This document shows, piece after piece, positions 1 through 11,585 of a stretch of 32,000 nt of DNA. The notes under the pieces are model-generated. The model was given only the letters and a program-made list of their open reading frames with translations, did no database searches and was not told the DNA's origin. Origin of the DNA: Pseudomonas aeruginosa (GTDB lineage Bacteria; Pseudomonadota; Gammaproteobacteria; Pseudomonadales; Pseudomonadaceae); NCBI RefSeq assembly GCF_001457615.1, contig NZ_LN831024.1:3330001-3362000 (forward strand), given 5' to 3'. Made by a program: the position numbers and the translations under genes. Every line of letters starts with the position of its first letter. Within the stretch, counting starts at the first letter, position 1.

Positions 1-1026
1 GTGATCAGCCTGCAGTACCTCGCCACCCTGCTCGCCCGGCCCTACGCCGGGCGCGTCATCGACGGCCTCGGGCCGAAGCGCGCGGTGCTCTACGGCATGG
101 CCGGCAGCGCCGCGAGCGGGCTGTTCATGCTGCTCTCGGTGGCGATCCAGGGCTGGCCGGCGCTGAGCCTGGCCAGCCTGCTGGTCGGCCGCCTGGTACT
201 CGGCGCGGCGGAAAGCCTGGTCGGCTCGGCGGCGATCGGCTGGGGCATCGGCCGGGTCGGCGCGCCGCACACCGCCAAGGTGATTTCCTGGAACGGCATC
301 GCCAGCTACGGCGCCATCGCCCTCGGGGCGCCGCTAGGGGTGCTGCTGGTGCAGTGGCTGGGGCTGTGGAGCATGGGCGCGTCCATCGTCCTGCTCGGGG
401 CGCTCGGCTTCGCCCTGGCCTGGCCGAAGTTGCCGGCGCCGCTGGTGCACGGCGAGCGACTGCCGTTCCAGCATGTGCTCGGCCGGGTCACCCCGCACGG
501 TATGGGCCTGGCGCTGGGGGCGATCGGCTTCGGCACCATCGCCACCTTCATCACCCTTTATTACGCCAGCCGTGGCTGGGCCAACGCAGTGCTCTGCCTG
601 AGTGCCTTCGGCGGTTGCTTCATCGGCGCCCGGCTGTTGTTCGCCAATAGCATCAACCGGCTCGGCGGCTTCCGCGTGGCGATCATCTGCCTCGGCGTCG
701 AAAGCCTCGGCCTGCTGTTGCTGTGGAGCGCGCCGAATCCCTGGGTCGGCCTGGCCGGCGCGGCGCTCACCGGCTTCGGCTTCTCCCTGGTGTTCCCGGC
801 GTTCGGCGTGGAAGCGGTGAACCTGGTACCGGCTTCCAACCGTGGCGCGGCGCTGGGCGCCTACTCGCTGTTCGTCGACCTGTCGCTGGGCATCACCGGG
901 CCGCTGGTGGGCTTCGTCGCCAACCTGTTCGGCTTCCGCTCGATGTTCCTCTTCGCCTGCCTGGCCTCGCTCGGCGGGCTGGCCCTGGCCGTCGCACTGC
1001 ACCGGCGCAGCCGCCGGCCCGTCTAG
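1..1026 (+). CDS. MFS transporter, 5'-truncated by the window edge
   Basis: Long ORF rich in hydrophobic helices. It starts mid-protein with [31 protein letters not shown], which resembles the MFS loop 2-3 motif, so the true start is probably outside the window. Stop TAG at 1024-1026. Confidence 0.85.
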   Translation: MISLQYLATLLARPYAGRVIDGLGPKRAVLYGMAGSAASGLFMLLSVAIQGWPALSLASLLVGRLVLGAAESLVGSAAIGWGIGRVGAPHTAKVISWNGIASYGAIALGAPLGVLLVQWLGLWSMGASIVLLGALGFALAWPKLPAPLVHGERLPFQHVLGRVTPHGMGLALGAIGFGTIATFITLYYASRGWANAVLCLSAFGGCFIGARLLFANSINRLGGFRVAIICLGVESLGLLLLWSAPNPWVGLAGAALTGFGFSLVFPAFGVEAVNLVPASNRGAALGAYSLFVDLSLGITGPLVGFVANLFGFRSMFLFACLASLGGLALAVALHRRSRRPV

Positions 1027-1058
1027 GGCGTGCACCGTCCCAGGCGGCGGTACGCGTT

Positions 1059-2750
1059 CTAGAGCTCGCCGAGCAAGGCGCTCAGGGCCGCGCGCAACTT
1101 GCCGGGCTTCAGCGGCTTGTTGAGCAGCGGCACGCCCAGGCGGGCCAGCGCGCGGCGGCAATCGTCGCTGCGGTCGGCGGTGATCATCACCGCGGCGATC
1201 TCCGCGCCGTAGTCCTCGCGCAAGGCGCCCAGCAACTGGCAACCGGTAGCGCCGTGGTCCAGGTGGTAGTCGACCAGGATCGCATCCGGCGCGCGGCCAT
1301 CGAGCGCCTTGCGCGCGCCTTCCAGGTCGGTGGCGGTAAGCACCTCGCAGCCCCACTGGCAGAGCAGCGCGGACATGCTGAAGAGAATCTCGGTCTCGTT
1401 GTCCACCACCAGCAGCAGCCGTCCCGGCAGCGGATCACCAGCCGAAACCCGCGCAATCGCCTCGCCGGGTGCTGGCCGCGCCGGCTTGCGGACCAGCGGC
1501 ACCTCGATGGCGAACAGCGAGCCTCGGCCTGGAGTCGAATGCACCTCGATGCGGTAGCCGAGGATGCCGGCGATACGGTCGACGATGGCCAGCCCGAGTC
1601 CGACGCCACGGCGCTCGGAAGCGCGCCCGGCGTCCAGTTGGTTGAACTCGAGGAAGATCGCCTGCAACTGGTCGGCGGGGATGCCCCGGCCAGTGTCCCA
1701 CACCTCCAGGCGTACCTTGCCGCCACGCCGGCGCGCCCCCAGCAGCACGCTGCCGCGCTCGGTGTAGCGGCAGGCGTTGCTGAGCAAGTTGCGCAGGATC
1801 CGCGACAGCAGGCGCGCGTCGGTGCGCACTGCCAGTCGCGGGATCCGCGCACGCAGGGCCAGGCCGGCGGCACGCGCGACTTCCTCGAACTCCGAGGCCA
1901 GCGGAGCGAGCAGTTCGTCGAGGGAATAGTCGCCCAGGTCCGGACGGATCGCGCTCTGGTCGAGCCGGGCGATTTCCAGCAGGTCGGTGAGCAAGGTCTC
2001 GGCACCTTCCAGGGCCAGGTGGGTGCGCTCCACCAGTTGCAGTTCGGCGGCCGGCAGGCCCCGTTCGCGCAGGGTGTCGACCAGCAGCCGCGCCGCGTTG
2101 AGCGGTTGCAGCAGGTCGTGGCTGGCGGCGGCGAGGTACTTGTCCTTGCTGTGGTTGGCGGCTTCGGCGGCGTCGCGCGCCTGGCGCAACTGGCGGTTGA
2201 GCTCTTCCAGCTCGTGGGTGCGCTCGGCTACCCGCCGCTCCAGCTCCTCGTTCATGGTCTGCAGGCGCTGCTGGGCCTGGACCCGCTCGGTGATATCGGC
2301 GACGAAACCTTCGACCAATTCTTCCTCGTCGTGCCTGAGCAGCAGGTTCATCAATACCTCGATGTGACTGCCGTCCCTGCGCCAGAGGCGCGTCTCGTAG
2401 CCGAACAGGCCGCCGCGCTCGCGCAGCAGCGCGCGGATCCGTCGCATCTCGGCCTCGCCGCCGACGAACAGTTGCCCGGCCATGTCCTCCAGCGACCAGA
2501 GCACCTGTTGCGGATCGTCGTAGCCGAGCATCTGCGCCAGCGCCGGATTGGCGGCGCGCAGCCCCTGGCCGAGGCTGGCCTGGAAGATGCCGTGCACCGC
2601 GTGCTCGAACAGCCATTTGTAGCGGTTGCGCTCGGCCTCCAGCTCCTCCAGGCGCGCCAGCAGCTCCGGGTAGTGGCTCTTGCGCGCGGAGTGGCTGCCC
2701 AGGCCGAGTAACCCGGCCAGGGCCTCCTGCTGCTCAGAGGGCCTCGCCAT
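1059..2750 (-). CDS. ercS: PAS-domain sensor histidine kinase with C-terminal receiver domain (ErcS)
   Basis: ORF 1059..2765. An internal ATG at 2750 has GAGG upstream and is a plausible start. H-box AASHDLLQPLNAARLL, N-box NACRYTERG, G-boxes DTGRGIP and RGVGLGLAIV, then a receiver-like region (LLVVDNE, AILVDYHLD). Overlaps the end of ercA. Confidence 0.85.
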   Translation of the reverse strand: MARPSEQQEALAGLLGLGSHSARKSHYPELLARLEELEAERNRYKWLFEHAVHGIFQASLGQGLRAANPALAQMLGYDDPQQVLWSLEDMAGQLFVGGEAEMRRIRALLRERGGLFGYETRLWRRDGSHIEVLMNLLLRHDEEELVEGFVADITERVQAQQRLQTMNEELERRVAERTHELEELNRQLRQARDAAEAANHSKDKYLAAASHDLLQPLNAARLLVDTLRERGLPAAELQLVERTHLALEGAETLLTDLLEIARLDQSAIRPDLGDYSLDELLAPLASEFEEVARAAGLALRARIPRLAVRTDARLLSRILRNLLSNACRYTERGSVLLGARRRGGKVRLEVWDTGRGIPADQLQAIFLEFNQLDAGRASERRGVGLGLAIVDRIAGILGYRIEVHSTPGRGSLFAIEVPLVRKPARPAPGEAIARVSAGDPLPGRLLLVVDNETEILFSMSALLCQWGCEVLTATDLEGARKALDGRAPDAILVDYHLDHGATGCQLLGALREDYGAEIAAVMITADRSDDCRRALARLGVPLLNKPLKPGKLRAALSALLGEL

Positions 2751-3897
2751 AGACCACCTCGACATCGCGCTGGCTCGACTCGCGCGGGTTGGTAAGGATG
2801 CACGGGTCCTGCATCGCGTGGCGCGAGAGGAAAGGAATGTCGGAGCTGCCGACCCCGTGCAGGGCGAGGCTCTCGTGGAAACCCACGGCGTGCTTGAAGG
2901 CGATCAGGTGGTCCACCAGGCGCTGGCGGACCTGCCCCTGGGTCAGACCGCGGCAATCGATGCCGAAGGTCTCGGCGATCACCTTGAAGCGTTCCGGCGC
3001 GGCGCTGTAGTTGAACGCCACCACGTGTTCGACCAGCGCCGCGTTGCACAGGCCGTGGGGCAGGTCGAGATAGCCGCCGAGGCTGTGCGACATGGCATGC
3101 ACCGCGCCGAGGATGGCGTTGGAGAAGGCCAGCCCGGCCTGCATGCTCCCGAGCATGATCTTCTCGCGCAGGGCGATGTCGCCGGGGTTGGCGATCATCT
3201 GTACCAGATTGCCATCGATCAGGCGCATCGCTTCCAGCGCGTGGGGATCGGTCAGCGGCCCGTGGCCGGTGGAGACGAACGCCTCGATGGCGTGTACCAG
3301 TGCATCGATGCCGGTACAGGCCGAAAGGAAGGGATCCATGGTCAACGTGGTTTCCGGGTCGATCAGCGAGACGTCAGGCACAACCGCCTTGCTCACCACG
3401 GAGAACTTCATGCGCTCGTCCTGGTTGGAAATGATCACGAACTGCGAGACGTCCGCCGAAGTCCCGGCGGTGGTCGGGATCAGGATCAGCGGCGGACTCG
3501 GCACCCGCAGCCGGTCGACGCCTTCGAACTCGAGGATGCTGCGGCCATGGGCGGCGACGATGCCGATGCCCTTGGCGCAATCCATCGGGCTGCCGCCGCC
3601 CACCGCGACGATCACGTTGCAGCCCTCGCTGCGATAGAACTCGGCGCCGAGCATCACCTCGTCGACCCGGGGGTTGGGCGAAACGCCGGTATACAGGCAG
3701 TAGTCGATGCCCTGCCCCTCCAGGCTTGCCTGGATGTCGGCGACCCAGCCGGCGGCGAGCACGCCGGGGTCGGAGACCAGCAGGACCTTGCGCGCACCGA
3801 AGGTCTTCACGTAGTTGGCGACGCTGTGCCGGCAGCCGGCGCCGAAGATGATCTCGGGCGAGACGAATTTACGCAGTTGGCTGAGGTCGTGGCTCAT
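2734..3897 (-). CDS. ercA: Iron-containing alcohol dehydrogenase family protein (ErcA)
   Basis: MSHDLSQLRKFVSPEIIFGAG...GGGSPMDCAKG...IPTTAGTSADVS...HAMSHSLGGYLDLPHGLCNA, typical of Fe-ADH. The ORF opens at 3909, but MSHDL at 3897 is the more likely start. Confidence 0.88.
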   Translation of the reverse strand: MSHDLSQLRKFVSPEIIFGAGCRHSVANYVKTFGARKVLLVSDPGVLAAGWVADIQASLEGQGIDYCLYTGVSPNPRVDEVMLGAEFYRSEGCNVIVAVGGGSPMDCAKGIGIVAAHGRSILEFEGVDRLRVPSPPLILIPTTAGTSADVSQFVIISNQDERMKFSVVSKAVVPDVSLIDPETTLTMDPFLSACTGIDALVHAIEAFVSTGHGPLTDPHALEAMRLIDGNLVQMIANPGDIALREKIMLGSMQAGLAFSNAILGAVHAMSHSLGGYLDLPHGLCNAALVEHVVAFNYSAAPERFKVIAETFGIDCRGLTQGQVRQRLVDHLIAFKHAVGFHESLALHGVGSSDIPFLSRHAMQDPCILTNPRESSQRDVEVVYGEAL

Positions 3898-3982
3898 CTG
3901 ACAGACCATTCTTATTGTTATCGGACATTGCCGGCAGCCTACTGCATTCGTCGGTTATTGCAATGCGACCTTGGCGGCCCTT

Positions 3983-5809
3983 TCAATCCTCCAGCAGGCC
4001 CAGGTAGAAGCGCCATTCCGCCAGCAGCGCATGGGCGCGATTGGCCGGCTGGCGGAAACCGTGGCGCTCCTGCGGATAGCGGTGGCACTCCACGCGCACG
4101 CCGCTGCGCCGCAGGCCGGCGACCATCGCCTCGGTCTGCTCCGGCACCACCACCGCGTCGAGCCCGCCCTGGAAGAACACTACCGGCGCGCGGATACGCC
4201 CGACCTGAAGCACCGGGCTGCGCACCAGGTAGCGACGGCGCTGGCGCAGCGGGTCGCCAATCAGCCAGTCGAGGTAGTCACCCTCGAACTTGTGGGTGCA
4301 ACGCGCCAGTGCCAACGGATCGCTGACCCCATAGAGACTGGCGCCGCCGCGCAGGCCATCGAGGCAAGCCAGGGCGCGCAACGCGCTGTAGCCTCCGGCG
4401 CTGGCGCCACGGACGAAGACCCGGGCGCGGTCGATCCGTCCCTCCGCGTCCAGCTGCGCCAGCGCGGCCTCGATATCGCGCAACTCCAGGCGCCCCCACT
4501 GGCCGCGCAAGCGCTGCCGATAGGCGCGGCCGTAGCCGCTGCTGCCCCGGTAGTTCAGCGCGGCCACGGCGAAACCGCGCTGGGTCCAGAACTGCAGGCC
4601 GGCATCGAACGCCGGCGAATGCATCGAGGTCGGTCCGCCATGCAGCCACACCAGCAGCGGCGGTGGTCGTCGGGGATCGACGCGGCGGCGGGCATTGCGC
4701 GGCGGATAGAAGAAACCGTGGCCGTTTTCGCCGTTGCCCAGCCCATAGACGAAGGCCTGCGGATGCGACAGGTCGTCCTCCGCCAGCGGTCGCTCGCCGC
4801 CACGCAGCACCTCGACACGCAGCTCGTCGCGATGGATCGCCAGCAGCGCCGGCAGGCGCCCGGCCGCCGCCGCGATGCAGTAGAACGCCCGGGCATCCGC
4901 GGCCAGTCCGGCGAACCGGTTCCAGTCCGCGGCCAGGCGCCGCTCGCTGCCGTCCGCTTCGCGCAGGAACAGTTGCCCGCCGCCGGCCTCGACGCGACTG
5001 AGCAGCAGCCTTCCCTCTCCCAGCGGCAGGTAGCTGCAAGCGCCCAATTGCCAGGGCGCGCCAGCGTGGTCGGCATCGGCGAAGCGGCCGGCCAACGCTA
5101 CCTCGGCGCAGGGACGCCACCAGCCGTCGCGGTCGCTCAGCCAGTGAAGGCGGCCGGCGGGATCGAAGCGTGGTTGCTGGATCGACTCGCCGCCTCCGGC
5201 TCCGGCCAGGCAGCGCGTACGCCCATTCTCCGCCAGGCCCAGGCGGGTCTCGGTCCAGGGCTGGTGCGGACGGTCCCATTCGATCCAGGCCAGCCGCCGC
5301 CCCTGGCCGGCGGCACGCGGCGCGGCGTAGAAATCGGCACCCTCGACCAGCACCCGGCGCGCGCCATCGGCGTCCAGGCGCACGATGCGATGCACGACCC
5401 CGGTCGGCCCATGGCTCTCTTCCACCGCCAGCAGGGCATCCCAGGCATCGACGTAGGCCAGGTCGCCGTAGCGACACTGCGCCCCGCCGCCCAGCACTTG
5501 GGCTGCGCGGCCCGCTCGCCAGCGGCGTACCTGCTGGTCGGTTTCGTCGACCCAGGCCAGCCCGTCGAGCGTCACGCAGCAGGCGCCGCCGCCGTACTCG
5601 TAGACCCGGCTGCGCACCGAGCCGTCCGGCGCGGTGGGCTCCTCCAGCACGCCGTCGCGCCACAGGTACAGGCGCGAGCGCGCGCTGGCCGGATCGAATT
5701 CCACCCAGGCCAGCCCGCCATGGGCCGCCTTCAGCTCGCTGAAATCGCGCCCGGCGGCCACCGCGCGCTCGGCGCTCCAGTCGCTCGGCCAGTCGCCGTA
5801 GTCGACCAT
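3983..5809 (-). CDS. pqqH: Prolyl-oligopeptidase-like peptidase of the PQQ operon (PqqH)
   Basis: N-terminal beta-propeller-like region followed by an alpha/beta hydrolase domain with nucleophile motif VRGASAGGYSAL, and late D and H residues (FFQGGLDAVV, PQERHGF). Directly follows pqqE. Confidence 0.85.
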   Translation of the reverse strand: MVDYGDWPSDWSAERAVAAGRDFSELKAAHGGLAWVEFDPASARSRLYLWRDGVLEEPTAPDGSVRSRVYEYGGGACCVTLDGLAWVDETDQQVRRWRAGRAAQVLGGGAQCRYGDLAYVDAWDALLAVEESHGPTGVVHRIVRLDADGARRVLVEGADFYAAPRAAGQGRRLAWIEWDRPHQPWTETRLGLAENGRTRCLAGAGGGESIQQPRFDPAGRLHWLSDRDGWWRPCAEVALAGRFADADHAGAPWQLGACSYLPLGEGRLLLSRVEAGGGQLFLREADGSERRLAADWNRFAGLAADARAFYCIAAAAGRLPALLAIHRDELRVEVLRGGERPLAEDDLSHPQAFVYGLGNGENGHGFFYPPRNARRRVDPRRPPPLLVWLHGGPTSMHSPAFDAGLQFWTQRGFAVAALNYRGSSGYGRAYRQRLRGQWGRLELRDIEAALAQLDAEGRIDRARVFVRGASAGGYSALRALACLDGLRGGASLYGVSDPLALARCTHKFEGDYLDWLIGDPLRQRRRYLVRSPVLQVGRIRAPVVFFQGGLDAVVVPEQTEAMVAGLRRSGVRVECHRYPQERHGFRQPANRAHALLAEWRFYLGLLED

Positions 5810-5813
5810 TGCC

Positions 5814-6959
5814 TCAGGCCTTGCAGATCAGGCGTGACGCGCGCTGGTTGCGCCAGGTCAGCGCGTCCAGGCCAAGCGGCGCCTCCTCGGCCTGGCGACG
5901 GGCCGCGAGGATCAGGTCGTGCCGTGCCGACTTGGCGCAGACCGGGTCGGTGGCGTCGGCATCGCCGGTGAGGAGGAACGCCTGGCAGCGGCAGCCGCCG
6001 TGGTCCCTCTCCTTCTCCTCGCAGGAACGGCAGGGTTCGGGCATCCAGGCGTCGCCGCGGTAACGGTTGAAGCCGAACGATTCGTACCAGATGTGGCGCA
6101 GGCTGTGCTCGCGCACGTTGGGAAACTGCACCGGCAATTGCCGCGCGCTGTGACACGGCAGCGCGGTGCCGTCGGGGGTGATGTCGAGGAATACGCTGGC
6201 CCAGCCGCCCATGCAGGCCTTCGGCCGTTCCTCGTAGTAGTCGGGGGTGACGAAGATCAGCTTGCACGGATTGCCTTCGGCGGCCAGCCGCTGGCGGTAT
6301 TCGGCGGTGATCCGCTCGGCGCGCTCCAGTTGGGCGCGGGTCGGCAGCAGCCCGGCACGGTTCAGCGCGGCCCAGCCGTAGAACTGGCAAGTGGCGAGTT
6401 CGACGTAATCGGCTTCCAGCTCGATGCACAGCTGGATGATCCGCTCGATGTTGTCGATGTTGTGCCGGTGGGTGACGAAGTTGAGCACCATCGGATAGCC
6501 GTGCGCCTTCACCGCGCGGGCCATCGCCAGTTTCTGGGCGAAGGCCTTGCGTGAGCCGGCGAGCAGGTTGTTCACTTCTTCGTCGGCGGCCTGGAAGCTG
6601 ATCTGCACGTGGTCCAGCCCGGCCTCGGCGAAGCGCGCCAGGCGTGCCTCGTCGAGGCCGATGCCGGAGGTGATCAGGTTGGTGTAGAAGCCCAGGCCGC
6701 GCCCTGCCTCGATCAGTTCGGCGAGGTCCTGGCGCAGCAGCGGCTCGCCGCCGGAGAAACCGAGCTGTGCGGCGCCCAGCTCGCGGGCCTGGCGGAACAC
6801 CTCGATCCATTCCGCGGTACTCAGCTCGGCGCCCTCGCGGGCGAATTCCAGCGGGTTCGAGCAGTACGGGCACTGCAACGGACAGCGATAGGTCAGCTCG
6901 GCCAGCAGCCAGAGCGGCGGCCCCACGCTTTCACTGCAGCTCGATCCAGAATTGCGCAT
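5814..6959 (-). CDS. pqqE: PqqA peptide cyclase, radical SAM/SPASM protein
   Basis: [16 protein letters not shown] radical SAM CxxxCxxC motif, GGEPLLR, C-terminal CHSARQLP and [19 protein letters not shown] cluster. Located in the pqq operon. Confidence 0.97.
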
Positions 6960-7209
6960 GGGCCACCTCGAGGAACGCCAGGATGTCTTCGTCTATGCCG
7001 GGGACTTCGGGGAAACGCTCGCGCAGCGCCGCGACGATGGCCGCCACGTCGCGGCGGCCATCGACCAGCTTGAGGATTTCCCCGGCGCTGTCGTTGAGCT
7101 TGACCATGCCTTCGGGGTAGAGCAGCACATGGCAGTCCTGGGCCGGTTCGAACTGGAAGCGGAAGCCCCGGCGCAGCATCGGCACGCTGTCGAGCGACGG
7201 CAGGCTCAT
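6931..7209 (-). CDS. pqqD: PQQ biosynthesis peptide chaperone PqqD (92 aa)
   Basis: [51 protein letters not shown]...[14 protein letters not shown]. Overlaps both pqqE and pqqC. Confidence 0.96.
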
Positions 7210-7958
7210 GATGCCAGCCCCCGATGCCAGACCCGCTCGCGGGTCACCGTGTGGTACGGCGGGCGTTCGAGTTCGTAGGCCATGCTCATCGCGTCGAGCA
7301 TGCTCCACAACACGTCCAGCTTGAATTGCAGGATATCCAGCATGCGTTCCTGTGCCTCGCGGGTCCGATAGTGCTCCAGGGTGATCCGCAGGCCGTGCTC
7401 GACGTCGCGCCGGGCCTGGGCCAGGCGACTGCGGAAATACTCGTAGCCGGCCGCCTCGATCCACGGATAGTGGCGCGGCCAGCTGTCCAGCCGCGACTGG
7501 TGGATCTGCGGGGCGAAGAGTTCGGTCAGCGAACTGCTCGCCGCCTCCTGCCAACTGGCGCGACGGGCGAAGTTGACGTAGGCGTCGACGGCGAAGCGCA
7601 CGCCGGGCAGCACCCGCTCTTCGGAGAGCACCTGCTCGCGCTCCAGGCCCACCGCTTCCGCCAGGCGCAGCCAGGCCTCGATGCCGCCCGCCTCGCCGGG
7701 GGCGCCGTCGTGGTCGAGGATGCGCTGGATCCACTCGCGGCGGACCTCGCGGTCGGGACAGTTGGCCAGGATCGCCGCGTCCTTCAGCGGGATGTTGACC
7801 TGGTAGTAGAAACGGTTCGCCACCCAGCCCTGGATCTGTTCGCGACTGGCACGGCCCTCGTACATCGCGACATGGAACGGATGGTGGATATGGTAGTAGC
7901 GTCCCTTGTCGCGCAGCGCCCGTTCGAATTCGGCGCGATCCATGGCGGCACGGCTCAT
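7206..7958 (-). CDS. pqqC: Pyrroloquinoline-quinone synthase PqqC (250 aa)
   Basis: [76 protein letters not shown] overlap with pqqD. Confidence 0.98.
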
Positions 7959-7967
7959 GTTGGCCCC

Positions 7968-8882
7968 CTACAGCTGGATGTGCATGCCATCCCAGGCCAC
8001 TTCGATGCCACTGGCATCCAGTTCGGCGCGTTCGGCCGAAGCGGTGTCGAGGATGGGATTGGTGTTGTTGATGTGGATGAGCACCTTGCGCGCGGCCGGC
8101 ACCTTCGCCAGCACCTCGAGCATGCCGCCCGGCCCGCTCTGCGCCAGGTGCCCCATCTGCCGGCCGAGCTTGTCGCCGACCTCGCAGACCAGCATCTCGT
8201 CATCGCGCCAGAGCGTACCGTCCACCAGCAGGCAGTCGGCGCGGCGCATCCATTCGAGCAGCGCCTCGTCCACCTCGCCGAGGCCCGGCGCATAGAACAG
8301 CGTACCGGCGCTATCGAGGTCCTCGACGAACAGGCCGATGTTGTCGCCCGGATGGGGGTCGCCGCGATGCGGGGAATACGGCGGCGCGCTGCTGCGCAGA
8401 GGGATCGCGGTGAAGCGCAGGCGCGGACAGGCCGGAATGGCGAAAGGCTCGCCATCGAGGGCGATCGGCCGATGGCGCAGGCCGCCGTTCCAGTGGGAAA
8501 GCATAGGGAACAGCGGGAAGCCTTCGCTGAGGTCCTGGTGGACCATCTGCGTGCACCAGACTTCGTGCGGGCAGCCTTCGCGCAGGCTGAGCAGGCCGGT
8601 GGTGTGGTCGATCTGGCTGTCGAGCAGGACGATCGCGCCGATCGCCGTATCGCGCGGCCGACGCGCCGGCTGGAGGGCCGGGAAGGCGGCGATCTGGGCA
8701 CGGATGTCGGGCGAGGCGTTGCAGAGGATCCAGCGCTCGCCGTCGTCGGACAGGGCGATGGAGGATTGCGTGCGTGGCTGGGCCGCTACGCTGCCGTCGC
8801 GGACCCCGCGACAGTTGCGGCAGTTGCAGTTCCACTGGGGGAAGCCGCCGCCGGCGGCCGAACCGAGAATACGGATGTGCAT
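7968..8882 (-). CDS. pqqB: PQQ biosynthesis protein PqqB, metallo-beta-lactamase fold (304 aa)
   Basis: [30 protein letters not shown]...[18 protein letters not shown]...[12 protein letters not shown]. Confidence 0.98.
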
Positions 8883-8907
8883 GGGTCTGCCCCGCGGGCT
8901 GGAGGGA

Positions 8908-8927
8908 GGCCCCGGAAGACCGGGGCC
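8908..8927 (-). other. Perfect inverted repeat between pqqA and pqqB
   Basis: GGCCCCGG-AAGA-CCGGGGCC on the + strand, 8-bp arms and 4-nt loop, no following T tract. Confidence 0.7.
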
Positions 8928-8934
8928 GAACGGA

Positions 8935-9006
8935 TCAGCGGTTGGCGAAGTAGAGGGTCACTTCGAAACCGAGACGCAGGTCGGTGAAGCTGGGCTTGGT
9001 CCACAT
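8935..9006 (-). CDS. pqqA: PQQ precursor peptide PqqA (23 aa)
   Basis: [23 protein letters not shown], with the conserved ExxxY (E15/Y19) that is crosslinked to form PQQ. Immediately upstream of pqqB. Confidence 0.98.
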   Translation of the reverse strand: MWTKPSFTDLRLGFEVTLYFANR

Positions 9007-9224
9007 GGGGTCGATCCTCTCTGGTGGGGCCGGGCGATTCCGGCAGGTCGAGTTAAACATCAGCGGGGCTCGCTCCGAATGAGACTTTCGAAGGAGTTTT
9101 CCCCCTGATTTGGTAGGGACTGCCTGTCCCGCCCAAGGTTCGCCGGGAGAACGCCGTTGCGCCCCCCTGGTTCGCCCTGGTGCAGGGCAGAAGCCTAGTC
9201 CATGCAGGGGCGGCGGCGAGGCGG

Positions 9225-9251
9225 AAAAAAAGACGCGGCCAGGGCCGCGTC
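9225..9251 (-). terminator. Rho-independent terminator downstream of exaC
   Basis: Minus strand reads GACGCGGC-CCTG-GCCGCGTC-TTTTTTT: perfect 8-bp stem followed by 7 T. Confidence 0.9.
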
Positions 9252-9363
9252 GCGCCAGAACCCGCCATGGGGAAAGCCGCGTCGGGACGCGGGACGAGCG
9301 CACCCGCAGGTGCCTTGGCGGAAAGGCCGCGGGTCGGAGCGATCCGCGGCGGCTGAGGACCGC

Positions 9364-10884
<1,521 letters not shown>

Positions 10885-10970
10885 GGCGAAGCTCTCCTGT
10901 GTGGTCGTTCCGCCGTGGCGCGGCGGACTCGTGCAAGGGCGCCGCGGTCGGCGGCGAAGGGTCGGGCGCG

Positions 10971-11408
10971 TCACTCGTCGACGTGCACGCTTTCCAGATA
11001 GCTGCGGATCGCCCAGAGGCCTTCCTGGCTGATGAAGTCGGCCATCTTCGGCATGTACACCGCGCCATCGCGCACCGCGCCGTTGATGACCCGCTCCTTG
11101 AACCATTCGTCGCCCTCGGCGCCGGTCTCCAGCAGGCGCAGGTCCGGGGCGATGCCGCCGGACTTGGCTTCCAGGCCGTGGCAGCGCGCGCAGTTCTGGT
11201 TGTAGGCGGAGGCGCCGATCTCGACGGCGAGGTCGTGCTTGGCGTAGGGCTTGCGGTAGGGGTTGGTGTCGCGCCATTCCTTGCCCAGCGGCTCGAGTCC
11301 CTTGGTGTCCACTGCCTGGGGGGTCACATCGCCGTGGGCCAGCGCCAGGCTCGAGAGGCTGAGACCGGCCAGCACCAGCAGGCCGCGCAAGGCGTTGTTC
11401 TTGTTCAT
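10971..11408 (-). CDS. exaB: Cytochrome c550 ExaB (145 aa), electron acceptor for quinoprotein ethanol dehydrogenase
   Basis: Signal peptide [26 protein letters not shown], heme motif CARCH, GGAG(G) Shine-Dalgarno upstream of the ATG at 11408. Confidence 0.93.
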   Translation of the reverse strand: MNKNNALRGLLVLAGLSLSSLALAHGDVTPQAVDTKGLEPLGKEWRDTNPYRKPYAKHDLAVEIGASAYNQNCARCHGLEAKSGGIAPDLRLLETGAEGDEWFKERVINGAVRDGAVYMPKMADFISQEGLWAIRSYLESVHVDE

Positions 11409-11516
11409 CACTTCATTCCTCCGGGGAGACAGGACAAGGCACGGGCGCCAAACGGCGCTCATCGCCATCCTAGGAAGCTCCGCCGCGCGCCCGAATCCTG
11501 CTTTGGGCGTCCTCGC

Positions 11517-11534
11517 CTACTCCCTTCGGAGTAG
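11517..11534. promoter_or_regulatory. Second inverted repeat in the exaB-exaA intergenic region
   Basis: CTACTCC-CTTC-GGAGTAG: perfect 7-bp arms, 4-nt spacer. Confidence 0.6.
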
Positions 11535-11585
11535 AGCCTCGGAAGGCCTTACGCGGGGCTTTGGCAGCAAGTCCAAGTCATGCCC

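Noticed and set aside
3971-5971. 666-aa + strand ORF antisense to pqqH
   Set aside because: Complements the convincing PqqH peptidase ORF; the translation has no recognisable fold or motifs.
6931-7734. 267-aa ORF as a single long protein
   Set aside because: Only the C-terminal 92 aa (PqqD) is coding; the upstream part is an out-of-frame reading of pqqC.
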